A stretch of DNA of 52,938 bases from Octopus bimaculoides (taxonomy: Eukaryota), in contig NC_068984.1 of NCBI RefSeq assembly GCF_001194135.2, forward strand, positions 102,603,760-102,656,697, given 5' to 3'. Positions 34,871 to 48,318 of this stretch are shown in pieces. The notes under the pieces were generated by a model that was given only the letters and a program-made list of their open reading frames with translations, did no database searches and was not told the DNA's origin. A program made the translations under genes and the position numbers. Within the stretch, counting starts at the first letter, position 1. The number at the start of each line of letters is the position of its first letter.

Positions 34871-36167
34871 CACAGACATGCAGGAAGTAAATAGACTCCT
34901 TTAATTTTCAAAATCTTTTATTTGATACGCAAAGCGAACAATTGAAATGTAATCGATAGGTAGGACTACATACTATAGTATTTAGTTAACATTCCCTTTG
35001 GAGTTTTTAATTCAGAAACTCTTTTTGGCATAGAACTGATGAGCTTTGTGATTGTTTCTTGTGGAATTTCTGCCCACTCTTCACGCAACAATCGAAACAA
35101 TTTATCTTTAGATTTAGGTTTCTGTCGAGTTTTTCGTATAGCTCTATCTAGTATGCACCAAAGATTTTCAATTGGGTTCATGCCAGGAGACTGACTCGGC
35201 CAAGGAAGCTTTTTGATCTCATTTTCAGTCAGCCATTGTTGATTCCTTTTCGCTGTGGCATGGAGCCCCATCTTCCATGAATAAAAACTCATTTTTCGTT
35301 ATGTTATCGTGTGAATACATCGGGTGTAGTCCTTGCTTAAGTATTTCGATGTATTTTTCAGAGTTTATGGTTCCAACACATTCGATCAGCTCACAACGAC
35401 TATTGCTGGTGACAGCTTCCCATACCATTACAGAGATACCACCATGTTTCAGAGTTGGTTGGATTCGTTTCAAATCAAATTCTTGATTGGGAAGCCTCCA
35501 GACCCAAACATGTCCACTGTCTGAAAATAATGCAAATCTGGATTCATCTGAGAAAATCACTCTATCCCAAAATGAACTGGATTTTTCTGATATCTCCTTA
35601 GCTCATTTCTTTCTTTTCATGATATTAATTGGTTGAATGAGAGGTTTTCTTCTAGCTGCTCGTCCATAATACCCAAGCTTATGCAGATATGTAACACACG
35701 TTCTTGGACTAACTTCTAGCTGTTTTGCAATGTCAGAAGCCTTCCAACGGGGTTCGTTTTCCACAATTCTCTTCAAACGGCGAAGCTTCCTTTTCGAGGG
35801 CCTAGGTCACCTGGGACGTGAATCTGTTGATTCTTTTCCTTGGTTTTTGAATTGCACTATAATTCTATTAACAGTAGNNNNNNNNNNGATTCTTTTCCTT
35901 GGTTTTTGAATTGCACTATAATTCTATTAACAGTAGCAAGAAGAATTTGAAGATTTTCAGCAATTTTTCGCTGGCTAAGACCAGCCTCAGATTGCCCAAC
36001 AGTACGACGTCTTTGAAAATCTGACAGTTCTGCTTAATTTTTTGTGCGTGGCATGGTTACTCTTCGCAAATGTTTAATATAATGGCATCTGGAATGAAAA
36101 AGAATAATTACATTGTAAATTCTACACTGCTGATTAAAGGTGTCTATTTACTTACTGCGTATGTGTT
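34871..36167 (-). mobile_element. TIR-bounded Tc1 transposon with a disrupted DD34E transposase (~36054 to 34966)
   Basis: 35-bp TIRs at 34871-34905 and 36133-36167 (29/35 identical), with TA on the left. Start MPRTK at 36054, then IFSDESRF, EDGAPCH and WPSQSPGMNPIENLW. A few stops and frameshifts are present. Confidence 0.92.
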
Positions 36168-36679
36168 TTTGTGCGTTTGTGCGTTTGTGGGTGTGTGTGT
36201 GCGTGTGTCAACGCTTACTACAATCTGCATATAGAGTCATTTCAAATAACTGCAGTTTCCTTTAATTGTAAGTCGGAAATATTGACATCATTTTAAAAAT
36301 TAATTATAAGATATAACAATGTTTTAAAAAGCCAACCAAATCGAATTGACATTTTCATTTCTATAATCAGATTTGTAAAATTTCAATCTTATAAAATAAT
36401 TTCTTTTTTTAAAAAAAATTATCCTCTTCTATAGTCTTTTTAATCTCTCTCAAGAATTTTGTAATGCTGTTCCGTTTAGTAACTTTTATGAAAACATTTC
36501 TTTTTTAATAAATGTTTTACGAAATATGCTACGTTACTTTGAAACTATTACCATGGGAATAGTCATATTATTTATATGCTCACATTGTTTTTACCTTTAT
36601 AAGAGAATAAATATTGTAACCTGGAAAATTACTCCTCTTAATAAAATCGTTCTCTTTAATGGCTGTTTTTGCTTTCAAC

Positions 36680-37310
36680 CGTACACTGCTATGCTTTTCC
36701 TGTCCACGAACAGGAGATATATAGGAAATATCTAATCAACAAAAAAGATAAGGATACCTTTGTATCTATTCGTTGTGACATAAAATCTCAATTTTATCAT
36801 ACTGGTGTGGCAGATGTCACCCGTAGATAATATCAACAATTATTCAAGAATATCTTCAAAGTGTAACCTTTCCATGAGACATGACATTGTCACTGAAGTC
36901 ATCCACAATAACGTCCATACGAAAGATTGTCTCGATGACCATACTAAAGGCACAGCAAAACCACAATAAAACTACGCCTTTTAAAATAAGCAACACAAGA
37001 ACATTTAGAAAATGTATGTCTAAACATACATGTTCTGTGGGGCACCGAGGAAAAATGATCTACTGATGTAGACGTCAGCTGTTCTGTGGATATGTCTCCC
37101 CTAAATTTGAGGAAAAGGAAAACTTCTATGGTGAACTTGTGAGAAACTTACATCTCTTATATCCAGGCTGTAGATTCTTGTTGTGCCTATTTTCATAGAT
37201 ACTCTAGGCTATGTAACAACAGATTTTCATAAAAGCTTATAAATGCCGGGGGTTTCCTAAGAAAAACCAAAATAAACTGAATCGCATCTCCAAATATATT
37301 TTGTCAACCA
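36680..37310 (+). mobile_element. Old degraded lineage-B R4/Dong-like LINE fragment
   Basis: YAFPVHEQEIYRKYLINKKDK, MRHDIV, VDVSCSVD, FYGELVRNLHLLYPG, PIFIDTLGYVT. Confidence 0.72.
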
Positions 37311-38946
37311 CTCCGGGGATTCTTCATTTGAGTTTCCCTGGATTGAACATGCGCACACAATCGCATGTGCCTGCTTGTATATCAAAATGACATGTATACC
37401 CACATACATGGGTGAAAGTTAATCCACACACACACACACCTTCACGTATCCACAAGCGTAGTCTCTCTGTTAGAGAACGAGTTAGATTTCTCAAGGTAAA
37501 AGAAAGAAAAAAAAACTTACATACCAAAGAAAAATTTATACAAATATGTATGCATAATCTCGATCACAATCTTGGCATTATGGTAACATGTTTGAAAGAA
37601 ATTATGCTTCTCAGTATGACAACGAACATCTACGTCTATTTCCAGACCTAAAATCATATCTAACATTAATACAGTATTATTATGGTTTGTATCATTCACG
37701 TGATATGCCATTTGACTTCTATTGTTTTACATCTGATATTCTTTCGCAGTAGAGGTAATTAGTTATTGTTCAGTGTATGAGAGTAGGGTCAAGGTCTTAA
37801 CCTTTACCCTAAGCTTTACATTAAACAATAAGTAATTACGTCTACCTCATCACTCCGCAAAAAAATGAAAATAAAATAAAAACATGCAATTCTATCCGAT
37901 GGAAAACAATAGAAGGATAATGACATGTCACGGGAATAAAACAAAATGTGTGTATGTGTGTGGGTATATGTGTGTGGGTATATGTGTGTGCGCGTGTGTA
38001 GGAGAATGTATACAAATGCTTATATATGTATATATATATATTCCCGAAATATAAATTTCCATAATTCGGTTCCTGATTATGCAGATGTATTTTTCTGAGA
38101 CAGTCATATTTTGCCTGTGATCGGACATAAAATCCCAGTTTTCACGTTGTGTAATCTAAGAGAGGTAATGCTTGGAATAGACATGAGAAATACAGAAATA
38201 GAAATTCGAAAAAAAAAAAGGAACGAGAGAGAGAGAGAGAGAGAGAGTAAGGTGAACGAAGAAAGAAAACGAAAAGAAACTGAAACACAACGAATAGATA
38301 GATAGTAAATTAAACAAAACAAGTAAAATGTATAATAAAATGAATTATGAAATCGTAATTAAAGGAAGTGTTGTCAGAGAAGCACCAGTGAAGTAGATTG
38401 ATGTTGTGCGGTAAAAAGGGCTCGTGAATATCGTTAGCTAAACAATAATATCTAAAAGTATAAAGCCAGTTTGCTGGTGAGTTAGGTGTTGGTGCAGCTA
38501 GCTAGAAACTGGGAACAACTTGTAGCTCTTATTTCAATCAAAGTCAGTAAGAGAAAGGGGGCTTTCATATAACTCTCCTGATATTTCTGTTCTCTATGTT
38601 TCGATTCATTGCCTGCAGCCAATAACTCTCCTTGGATGTCTTTATTAACAATATTAAGGCACGGATATAATTACATCAATAGACTGGCTACTTAGCTATT
38701 GAATCAACAACAAATATAAAATAGTATCCCTCGTCTTAGTCAATAGTCTTTTGTTGATCACTGGATTCTTGTGGAAACTAGAGAATTTTCGCATTCATAA
38801 CCAAAGAACTAAAGCATTTACACTCACAAAAGACCTCACCCAGCCAACTAAGTACACAACAACTGAACACACAAGCGCGCGCGCATACACACACAAACAC
38901 ACGCACACAATGTATATGTATGAATATATATATATACAAATATGTA

Positions 38947-39012
<66 letters not shown>

Positions 39013-39729
39013 TGCATATATATACTGGGCGTATGTAAGAATGTATATAAAGATGTGTGTGTAGTAAGACATTTATGTCGATGAGAACTTGATTGTTTAT
39101 TCAAAGAAGCGCTGGTCATTGGGTACATTTTTTATAAATCCAGTGACATTAAGCTTGCATTTACACGTATGCCTGAAGTTACCCACAGACAAACTCATAC
39201 AGCACACACACATACACACATATACACTCACGCACACACACATTGAAACATAATATATACATAAACATACACATTTGTAAGCGTTTGCATATATGAATAT
39301 AAATATGTATATGGATACAATTATATGGAAATGTAGCCCAGTACAGCTTTTCAAAAACTATGATAAAAGAATAAAAACGGAAATTTGTCATATATATAAA
39401 TATATAAACAAGTTAACGATAATGAAGATGTAAGAAGTGGTAATCGGTGGGGCGGAATTATCTATGAATATTAATTGTAAAGGACGCATAGGAGTGGCTA
39501 GAGTACATTTTGGTTTAATATATGGATAATGGGAAAAGGTATGTACTGGTATGGTTTATCTGGAACGAATGCTGGGTAAAATTATGTGTGTATGTATGAG
39601 TTATGTTTCTCTATGTAATGTATGTGTAGGAAAGTTAACTCTGTAATTGTATGTGTATATGTGTGTGTGTATGGTTTATGTATGTATGCATGCATGCATG
39701 TATGTATGTATGTATGTATATGTATGTAT

Positions 39730-40650
39730 GTCATTATTCAGTTCCATTCTAAGATTTCTTGCCAATAGAGAAAGAGCCGGTTTCTAACCTAGATCTAATG
39801 TCCCTTCATTGGAATTTCAGCGTTGACAATGGGGTATGTATGTATGTATGTATGTATGTATGTATGTGTGTGTGTATGCATACGTGCAGATTTGTATATT
39901 TTGTTTTATATATGTCTTATCATGCGTATAGTTGCATACCTAGACATGCTCATATATTCTTAAATGATAAACTTCTGGAAAGTTTTACAGATTTTTACAG
40001 TTCCAGTGATGACTTGGATCTACAGTCTTCGAATCAGCTTTCACCTTTATGGTTTTGAGAAACCTAATTTCTCAAGATTGGTATCTAGGCAGTGTGTTAC
40101 ATATCCCAGAGCCCCAATAATTACAGTATAAACTTGAACTTGTAATCTGGATAGAGTAACTGCAGATTTCTCAATAGTTCAGTATAGGTGTTCTCTTTTT
40201 CACTGATCTTCAGCTTTATGTTATCGTCAGTTTCTTTTCTCTATCCTAAATCATTATATCAGGTCTGTTATGTTGACATTTTATTGAGGTTTTCACTGGG
40301 ACTCCTTTTTATTATGAGTGGCTATGACTTCTACCAAACTGTGGGTTCTTGTTTCTTTGTCCTCGGGTTTATCCTTCTAACGGATTTCCTTATATAGTGT
40401 CCTAGCTACAACATCATGTCTCAGTACATAATACCGTGATGAAATTTTCGGACAACTGCTTATGATGTGGGTAATATCTTCGGTGTTAACTGCACAAAAT
40501 CTGCATCAGTTGTCACGTTCTATTATTTTTCCTGCATCTCTGTCTCTTTTGTACGTCAGGTTTTCGGTTGATATTTCCTGTTCCTGGATTGTGAACGCTT
40601 ATCCTTCAAAGTGAGAGGTAGTAATCCAGTTGTACAGCAATGATAGAGTG
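39730..40650 (-). mobile_element. R4/Dong-like lineage B LINE, longest copy (knuckle, RLE, 3' UTR)
   Basis: SHFEG*AFTIQEQEI, CRFCAVNTEDITHIISSCPKISSRYYVLRHDVVA, HNRPDIMI, KISEKENTY. The 3' end abuts (TATG)n at ~39680-39730. Confidence 0.88.
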
Positions 40651-40860
40651 ATTTGATGATTAACGTTAATATCAGTTCGGAGCTTTCTACTAACATATGG
40701 TCTTCTACTAGCATATGATCTGCATGGTCTTCTGCTCATATACGCTCATTCTTTCATCTAATAATATATTGTGGTAGGGTTGTGCGACTTTGAGCATATA
40801 TTTAATGTTATTAGACAAAGAATGCTGCTGTATGTATGTATTTATGTATGTATATATGTG

Positions 40861-40926
<66 letters not shown>

Positions 40927-41794
40927 NNNNNNNNNNNNNNNNNNNNNNNNNNNNNNNNNNNNNNNNNNNNNNNNNNNNNNNNNNNNNNNNNNNNNNNNNN
41001 NNNNNNNNNNNNNNNNNNNNNNNNNNNNNNNNNNNNNNNNNNNNNNNNNNNNNNNNNNNNNNNNNNNNNNNNNNNNNNNNNNNNNNNNNNNNNNNNNNNN
41101 NNNNNNNNNNNNNNNNNNNNNNNNNNNNNNNNNNNNNNNNNNNNNNNNNNNNNNNNNNNNNNNNNNNNNNNNNNNNNNNNNNNNNNNNNNNNNNNNNNNN
41201 NNNNNNNNNNNNNNNNNNNNNNNNNNNNNNNNNNNNNNNNNNNNNNNNNNNNNNNNNNNNNNNNNNNNNNNNNNNNNNNNNNNNNNNNNNNNNNNNNNNN
41301 NNNNNNNNNNNNNNNNNNNNNNNNNNNNNNNNNNNNNNNNNNNNNNNNNNNNNNNNNNNNNNNNNNNNNNNNNNNNNNNNNNNNNNNNNNNNNNNNNNNN
41401 NNNNNNNNNNNNNNNNNNNNNNNNNNNNNNNNNNNNNNNNNNNNNNNNNNNNNNNNNNNNNNNNNNNNNNNNNNNNNNNNNNNNNNNNNNNNNNNNNNNN
41501 NNNNNNNNNNNNNNNNNNNNNNNNNNNNNNNNNNNNNNNNNNNNNNNNNNNNNNNNNCCCATTCCTATGGCAAAGGACACGATTTCTGGGAAAACTTCCT
41601 TTTAAGTTTAAATCGAGGATCATGTTTCTAAATACGCTCATCACAAACACGAATAGAAAAAAGTCATTTCAATTGGATTGGAGCTGTAATTTTGCGCGAG
41701 CAGACAAGAAATAACAATTCATACAGAAGTTTTACCTAGAGTGTGTGTGTGAGTGTGTGTGTGAGTGTGTGTGTGAGTGTGTGTGTGAGCGTGT

Positions 41795-41838
<44 letters not shown>

Positions 41839-42221
41839 CCTAAAGGAAGTTATTTTATGGCATTCTTTCGTTTGAAGCAGCAAAGTTGTCAACATGATCA
41901 TATTGTCGATCATATGGGATCATGGCTGTTCGTTAATTTTCGTAAAATTTTTTTCTTTATGCTTTGAAGAGAGCAGCAATTAAAAGAGAGGAGAAAGTGA
42001 AAAGGCAACATTTGCTTTGAAGTGAGAGCAGAGAGTGAAATATGTATGTACATGTATATGAAATAGATGTGTGTATGGGCGTGTGCGTGTACATGAGATG
42101 GCTAGAGAGAGAGAGTGAGAGAGAGAGAGAGAGAGAGAGAAAGAGTGAGTGAGTGAAGGTGTGTTTTGTCACATATTGTATTTTTTGCATGTATGTGTGA
42201 CACTCACTCTCTTTCTTTCTT

Positions 42222-42252
<31 letters not shown>

Positions 42253-42332
42253 TATACACACACACATTATCTTTCATATACACTTACGTAAATACATATG
42301 TATACATATTTTTTGTACTATGTGTGCGTGTG

Positions 42333-42414
<82 letters not shown>

Positions 42415-43111
42415 TGTGTAAGTGGCTGTATTTCCTCATAACATATAGAGAAATTAATGTCTTTTAATGAAATTTTTTTTGGTTGTGGCTTATTTTAATA
42501 GAATATTTAGGTGTACATTTTCAAGTTTGTCTGAGTAGAATTCTACGCATGCGTGAAACAGCAGACGGAAGAGAAACATTAGAAGCAGATCGAAATATTG
42601 CCCGAAAATGACCTCAAAATTGTGCGACCCGATCTCGTTTCCGAGGTTATTTTACTAGCAAAAATGAATCGTTGTGCCAAAAACATAGTTTATTTGGTAG
42701 TCTTTATATAGATAGATAGATGATAAGCAGCTTTCTTTGTTATAGTACAGATGAAACTAATTCGGAGAAACATTACTTTCATTATTCACACATCTTTATT
42801 CACTTAATGCAAAACTTTGTAATGTTGGCTCAAATTGAAAGTGTGAAACTATTTTTACTTACTAATGAAAGCAGGTCGTTGTAGAGCAGGGTCTTTCAAA
42901 TAACTATAGCTGGTTGTTGAGATAACGTAGAAAATACGTAAATGAAAATAAAGTTAATTTGGTAGCCGAAAGATCACTGAATCTTTTGATACCCTATACG
43001 TCAAAATCGGCAACCTAGGTTTCAAATGCATAAGCAACATAAGCGCGCACATCACACACATACTCTCACAAACACATACACACATACAAACTCTCTTTTA
43101 TATATATATAG

Positions 43112-43275
43112 ATATACGACGGCTTTCAGTTTCCGTCTACGAAATTCACTCACAAAAATTTGGTCGGCCCGAAGCTACAATAGAAAATGGTAGCCCAAGG
43201 TGCCAAGCAGTAGAACTGAACCGGGAACCATGTGGATATATGGATGGAAAGCAAGTTTCTAACCATACAGACCCC
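43112..43275 (-). mobile_element. SINE S2, 5' part
   Basis: Reverse complement of the head ...GGTTCCCGGTTCAGTTC..CACCTTGGGC...GTAGACGGAAACTGAAAGCCGTCG. Confidence 0.72.
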
Positions 43276-43516
43276 ACTCCATATATATATATGCGCGCTC
43301 GCATGCGCGTGCATGTGTGTGTGTAATGATATGAAACAAAATATTCAAATGTGACAATTTAAGTTATAAGCTGCCGTTTGTTATGAATTGAGACATTATT
43401 TTCAAATACAGAGGCATTGATTCGTAATTTCATAAATCAGAATAACACACACATTTACATATAAATATACAATACATTATATATATATATTTTTTTATAC
43501 TTATGTATATATATAT

Positions 43517-43581
<65 letters not shown>

Positions 43582-44957
43582 CACACACACACACACATGT
43601 ACATACGTGTGTGTGTATATGTAGTATATGTAATTGTATGTATTATTCTGATTTATGGAATTATAAATCAATGCCTCTATATTTGAAAATGATGGTTTCT
43701 ATTCATAACAAACGGAAACCTATAACTTTGATTTTCCCATTTACATATTTTGTTTAATATCTTCAGTAACAGAATAACAATATTTTACTCTTAGCCCGCC
43801 AAAGTTTTCACCAGTTTTAACCCTCTGCATGGTCATACCCCTTATCATATACCATTAACAATATCACTGAATGCAAAACCACTCTCGGGTCGATGCTATA
43901 AGTGTTTCATTATTAATTTATTTATAATTTTTGTACATAATTCACTCCACCCATTATAACGTAACTACTTGCATCTTCAATATTCATAACTCGTATATAG
44001 GACGAAAAACTAGTTTTCACACCTCGGATTGAAAAGCCGTTTCTTTGAAATAGCTGTCACCTTCTAAAAAGTAACTCATCATGTAAATAATGAATAATTG
44101 ATAAAGGAATTATGTTTTTAATATTTTACGTTTTTTTATTCAGTTAATATCCTTTTTTTACCCATGTACAATATAAACTACTCATTTTCTCTCCCCGTAT
44201 GTATACATATAGTATAGATACATACACCCCGTCACATAAGTGTGTGTGTGTGTTTGTGTGCCAGTGTAATATATATATATATATTTCTATATGTATGCAT
44301 GTGTATATATATATATATATATATATGAATATGTGTGTATATATATAAATATGTATATGTGTGNNNNNNNNNNNNNNNNNNNNNNNNNNNNNNNNNNNNN
44401 NNNNNNNNNNNNNNNNNNNNNNNNNNNNNNNNNNNNNNNNNNNNNNNNNNNNNNNNNNNNNNNNNNNNNNNNNNNNNNNNNNNNNNNNNNNNNNNNNNNN
44501 NNNNNNNNNNNNNNNNNNNNNNNNNNNNNNNNNNNNNNNNNNNNNNNNNNNNNNNNNNNNNNNNNNNNNNNNNNNNNNNNNNNNNNNNNNNNNNNNNNNN
44601 NNNNNNNNNNNNNNNNNNNNNNNNNNNNNNNNNNNNNNNNNNNNNNNNNNNNNNNNNNNNNNNNNNNNNNNNNNNNNNNNNNNNNNNNNNNNNNNNNNNN
44701 NNNNNNNNNNNNNNNNNNNNNNNNNNNNNNNNNNNNNNNNNNNNNNNNNNNNNNNNNNNNNNNNNNNNNNNNNNNNNNNNNNNNNNNNNNNNNNNNNNNN
44801 NNNNNNNNNNNNNNNNNNNNNNNNNNNNNNNNNNNNNNNNNNNNNNNNNNNNNNNNNNNNNNNNNNNNNNNNNNNNNNNNNNNNNNNNNNNNNNNNNNNN
44901 NNNNNNNNNNNNNNNNNNNNNNNNNNNNNNNNNNNNNNNNNNNNNNNNNNNNNNNNN

Positions 44958-45038
<81 letters not shown>

Positions 45039-45094
45039 TACACCCTTCCTCAGTAAGTAAAAACACAACAAATAGAATTTTAGCAAGTACTAAT

Positions 45095-45880
45095 ATAGCA
45101 AGTGCGAACTAAGCAAATTCTGCCATTTAACTTGCGAAGAGCGGGAAAAACAACCTTGTAATTGGCAGCTGGGAAGGCTTGCCTGAAAGTTTCCTCTGCT
45201 GCTATCTCAAAGTCTGTCAGTGTATATTGAGGTGAAACGTTAGGGCAATGACGCTGTATGACTCCCCACAACGGCCATTACTGGCTTAAGTTTTGGACAG
45301 GAGAGCATAAATATAGGCTAGCACTAAGCCGTGCTTCATGAAACGCACTGTATATATCTGGTAGCGCTATTGTGAGTGTACCGTCGCACATAATTGTTGT
45401 GGCTTGTCCTAACTGTCTAAGCATGCTGTCAGGGGCAAAAATAAAAATTCGATGTGGTACATCAGGCACATCTTCGTACAACAAAAATCTGACCTCATCA
45501 GCTTGGTACTGTGTGGGAATCATCATGTCGGGAGCCGTTGCCAGTTCCGGTGGAAACTTTCCTTCAACTGGATTCTTGTTGTTAACGCCTTTCGTTACGG
45601 AACTTGAACCAATTCTTCTTTGTCATACTTAGTATCACTTATTATTCGGCGACGAGGTACCTGCGTGGTAACCGCTTGGGCTGCCATATTGTCCAAGGCT
45701 TTCTCAATTTTTTGTTTAGCAGGATCTGGTGCGTGGTTATGAGGATGACATTCTTTGATTTTCCGTTCTTTCCTGTAGTTCAGAGGCGTTGAAATCGACC
45801 CAGAACAATTCTCATCACTTCATCTCCATTTCACTAGCTGTACAGATTCATAGTCCTAGATGTTTATGCCTGTTTTGGTC
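45095..45880 (-). mobile_element. FLYWCH-MULE (Mutator-like) transposase remnant
   Basis: KWR*SDENCSGSIST...ECHPHNH (FLYWCH-like), RIFIFAPDSMLRQLGQATTIMCDGT (first catalytic D), and QYTLTDFEIAAEETFRQAFP (second D). Confidence 0.8.
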
Positions 45881-46248
45881 AACTCAGGTCATGTGGTATT
45901 AATGCTATCAAAGTGATCTCAGTAGTATCGATCAAGAATGAACTGTCTTACCGTTGCCACCAGCAGTAAGCTTCTGGGCGCTGACAACCTGCATATTCCA
46001 TCCTAGGCGTAGCTGACCCACACAGAAAGGCAGAGTATTTAATCTCTGCCGATAGTGTAGACTACAGGCCACCCGAGCTGGTTGTACAATAGAAACTGTA
46101 CCGATCACCAGATAAGTACTGATTTTCTATAGAATCCTATAGAGTTCAGTGCTGATTTGGAATTCTATCGAAAATCTGTAGAGGTGAATTTTAAAATGAG
46201 TACACCGCACTGCTAACACAGAAGTAAAGCACAACATTGTAATTATTT

Positions 46249-46644
46249 TATTCTTTTACTTGTTTCAGTCATTTGACTGCAGCAATGCTGGAACACCGGT
46301 TTAAAGGGGATTTCTAGTCGAAGAAATCGGTCTCAGTACTTATTCTTTGTAAACCTAGTACTTATTCTATCGGGCTCTTTTGCCATACCGCTATGTTACG
46401 GGGACGTAAACACACTAACATCGGTTGTCAAGTGATGTTGTTGGAGTGGGGTAAACACAGACACAAAGACACACACACATACGATGGGATTCTTTCAGTT
46501 TCCGTTTAGCAAATCCACTCATATGACTTTGGTCAGACCGAGTTTACATTAGAAGACACTTGCCCAAGGTGACGCACAATGGGACTGAACCTAGAACTAT
46601 GTGATTGGGAAGCAAGCTTCTTGCCACACAGCCACACCTGCGCC
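46249..46644 (-). mobile_element. SINE S2, near full length
   Basis: tRNA-like head GGCGCAGGTGTGGCTGTGTGG...GGTTCAGTCCC, CORE-like ACCTTGGGCAAGTGTCTT, an internal (TG)n, and tail GAAACAAGTAAAAGAAT. Confidence 0.85.
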
Positions 46645-46739
46645 TTGTAAACCAGTAATGTACTTGGTTGTGTATTATGTTTGCAAAACAGAATACTGTA
46701 TTTTTGCTAGCAATTAATAAAAGTAATATTCGTAGCCAC

Positions 46740-47030
46740 TTCAACATGGCTGTCCATTCGAACGGACTCTACTACGATCTTTTAATCCCAAGAAGACATC
46801 TTCTCTAGCTGGTTAACGATGCAAAGCTGTGGCCGATAAATTGCGAGCAGGGTAGTGAACCCGCGCCACCTTCTAGTGATGGGGCCAGTAGACCAATCGT
46901 GGTTTCGAACTATTTCTGCCACTCTTCGCTACTGCACACCTCGTCTGTTAGAGATGGCTGTAACTCGCCCCTGCTTGCAATATATATATTTCAAGCGAAC
47001 ACATAGTCGCTGATTTTGCAACAAGCACAA
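46740..47030. promoter_or_regulatory. GC/CpG-enriched non-repeat island with promoter-like motifs
   Basis: YY1-like CAACATGGCT (~46742) and AGATGGCT (~46952), a CCAAT box GACCAATCG (~46891), and a CTCF-core-like AGGTGGCGC on the minus strand (~46863-46871). Confidence 0.25.
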
Positions 47031-47349
47031 ATGCTAGTTATAAAATCTCTCTATATATACATATATATTCAATTATGAATTAAAAGCAGCGCTAGTGTTG
47101 TAAACATTATCGACCACACATACATACTGAATGTATGTTTTGCTTGTTCACCAGTGTACCGCGGGCAGTGGTTTGAGATGACACCCTCATTAGCATTGGG
47201 TGTTAAAATACCTGAAAGTCGTAGACAGGCAAGCCAACATACCTTCAATCTCATTCAGGGGTGATGGCTATGACAAAATATTGGTATCCATTATTCCTGA
47301 ATGGGATTGGAGGTGAGTTGGCACGCTTCTTTATGAGATGCTGTTTGTT

Positions 47350-47810
47350 TTTAACACCCAGAGCTATGAGGGGGTCGTTCTCAGAGCGTTGTACCACAGC
47401 GCGCCGGCGAGCAAGCAGAAAACATACTTAGAGCATGTACGGTCACTATCAGATATTGAAATATATCGCTGGTGACAAGGTACTTTCCATCGTCGTGGAA
47501 ACCTTACGAGTGGATTTTTGTAAAACCTGCACCTTTGTAAAACCTGCAACGTAACCAACCCAGAAGAATCTGTACTTTCGGTACTCTGCCATCAGATTGT
47601 TCACCCAACCTCGTTCTCGAAATATCTTATTTCGAATGTGCTTTCGTAATGATATTCCTAGCATGGATCTTTTCATGGCCTTTTGCGTCATAGCCAATCT
47701 ATGTTCTTCGTTCTTCGTAGTAGCCCGAACGTATGGTCTTGTTCAGCTTCGCTTTGAGAACATATTTTATTGTGCTAAACGCCTTCTATGCTGCCCTTAT
47801 TGTCTTTGAG
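47350..47810 (-). mobile_element. RTE-like LINE 3' fragment
   Basis: KAFSTIKYVLKAKL, RLAMTQKAMKRSMLGISLRKHIRN, FWVGYVAGFT (RTE 'QRAMERAMLGISLRD.IRN...WAGHVAR'). Confidence 0.8.
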
Positions 47811-47836
47811 ATTCCGCACACGCACGCACGCACACG

Positions 47837-47872
<36 letters not shown>

Positions 47873-48103
47873 AACACACACACATTGCCTCAAGGCTGGC
47901 AATTTACAATATTAGTTAAATATATATGCATAAATTTCGATTGGATAAGAGCTGTATTTTTGTGCGCATGTAAGCAAATATAAACACGCTTATATATACT
48001 CCAAGGTAGATCCACATATTATTTATATTATCTTTTTATACAGTTATATTTCCATATATACTGGCATACATACACATATGTAATATTTATTATTACATAC
48101 ACT

Positions 48104-48318
48104 AAGGCGATGAACTGGCAGAATCGTTAGCACACCGGAATAATGCTTGGCCGTATTTCGTCCGTCTTTACTTTCTGAGTTCAAATTCAGCCAAGATCGA
48201 CTTTAACTTTCATCCTTTCGTATTCGACGGAATAAACATCTGCCACGTACTTGGATCGATGTAATCGACGTATCTCCTATGCCAAAATTTCTACCTTGTG
48301 CCTCTGGTAGAAAGGATC
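48104..48318 (+). mobile_element. SINE S1 with a 13-bp TSD
   Basis: ATTATTACATACA at 48089-48101 and 48319-48331. Confidence 0.9.

Noticed and set aside
35829-35936. 49-bp duplication inside the Tc1 transposase
   Set aside because: A perfect echo across a 10-N gap, so an assembly artefact.
42887-42980. Possible small hAT MITE (CAGGGTCTTTC ... GAAAGATCACTG)
   Set aside because: The TIR match is weak and there is no 8-bp TSD.
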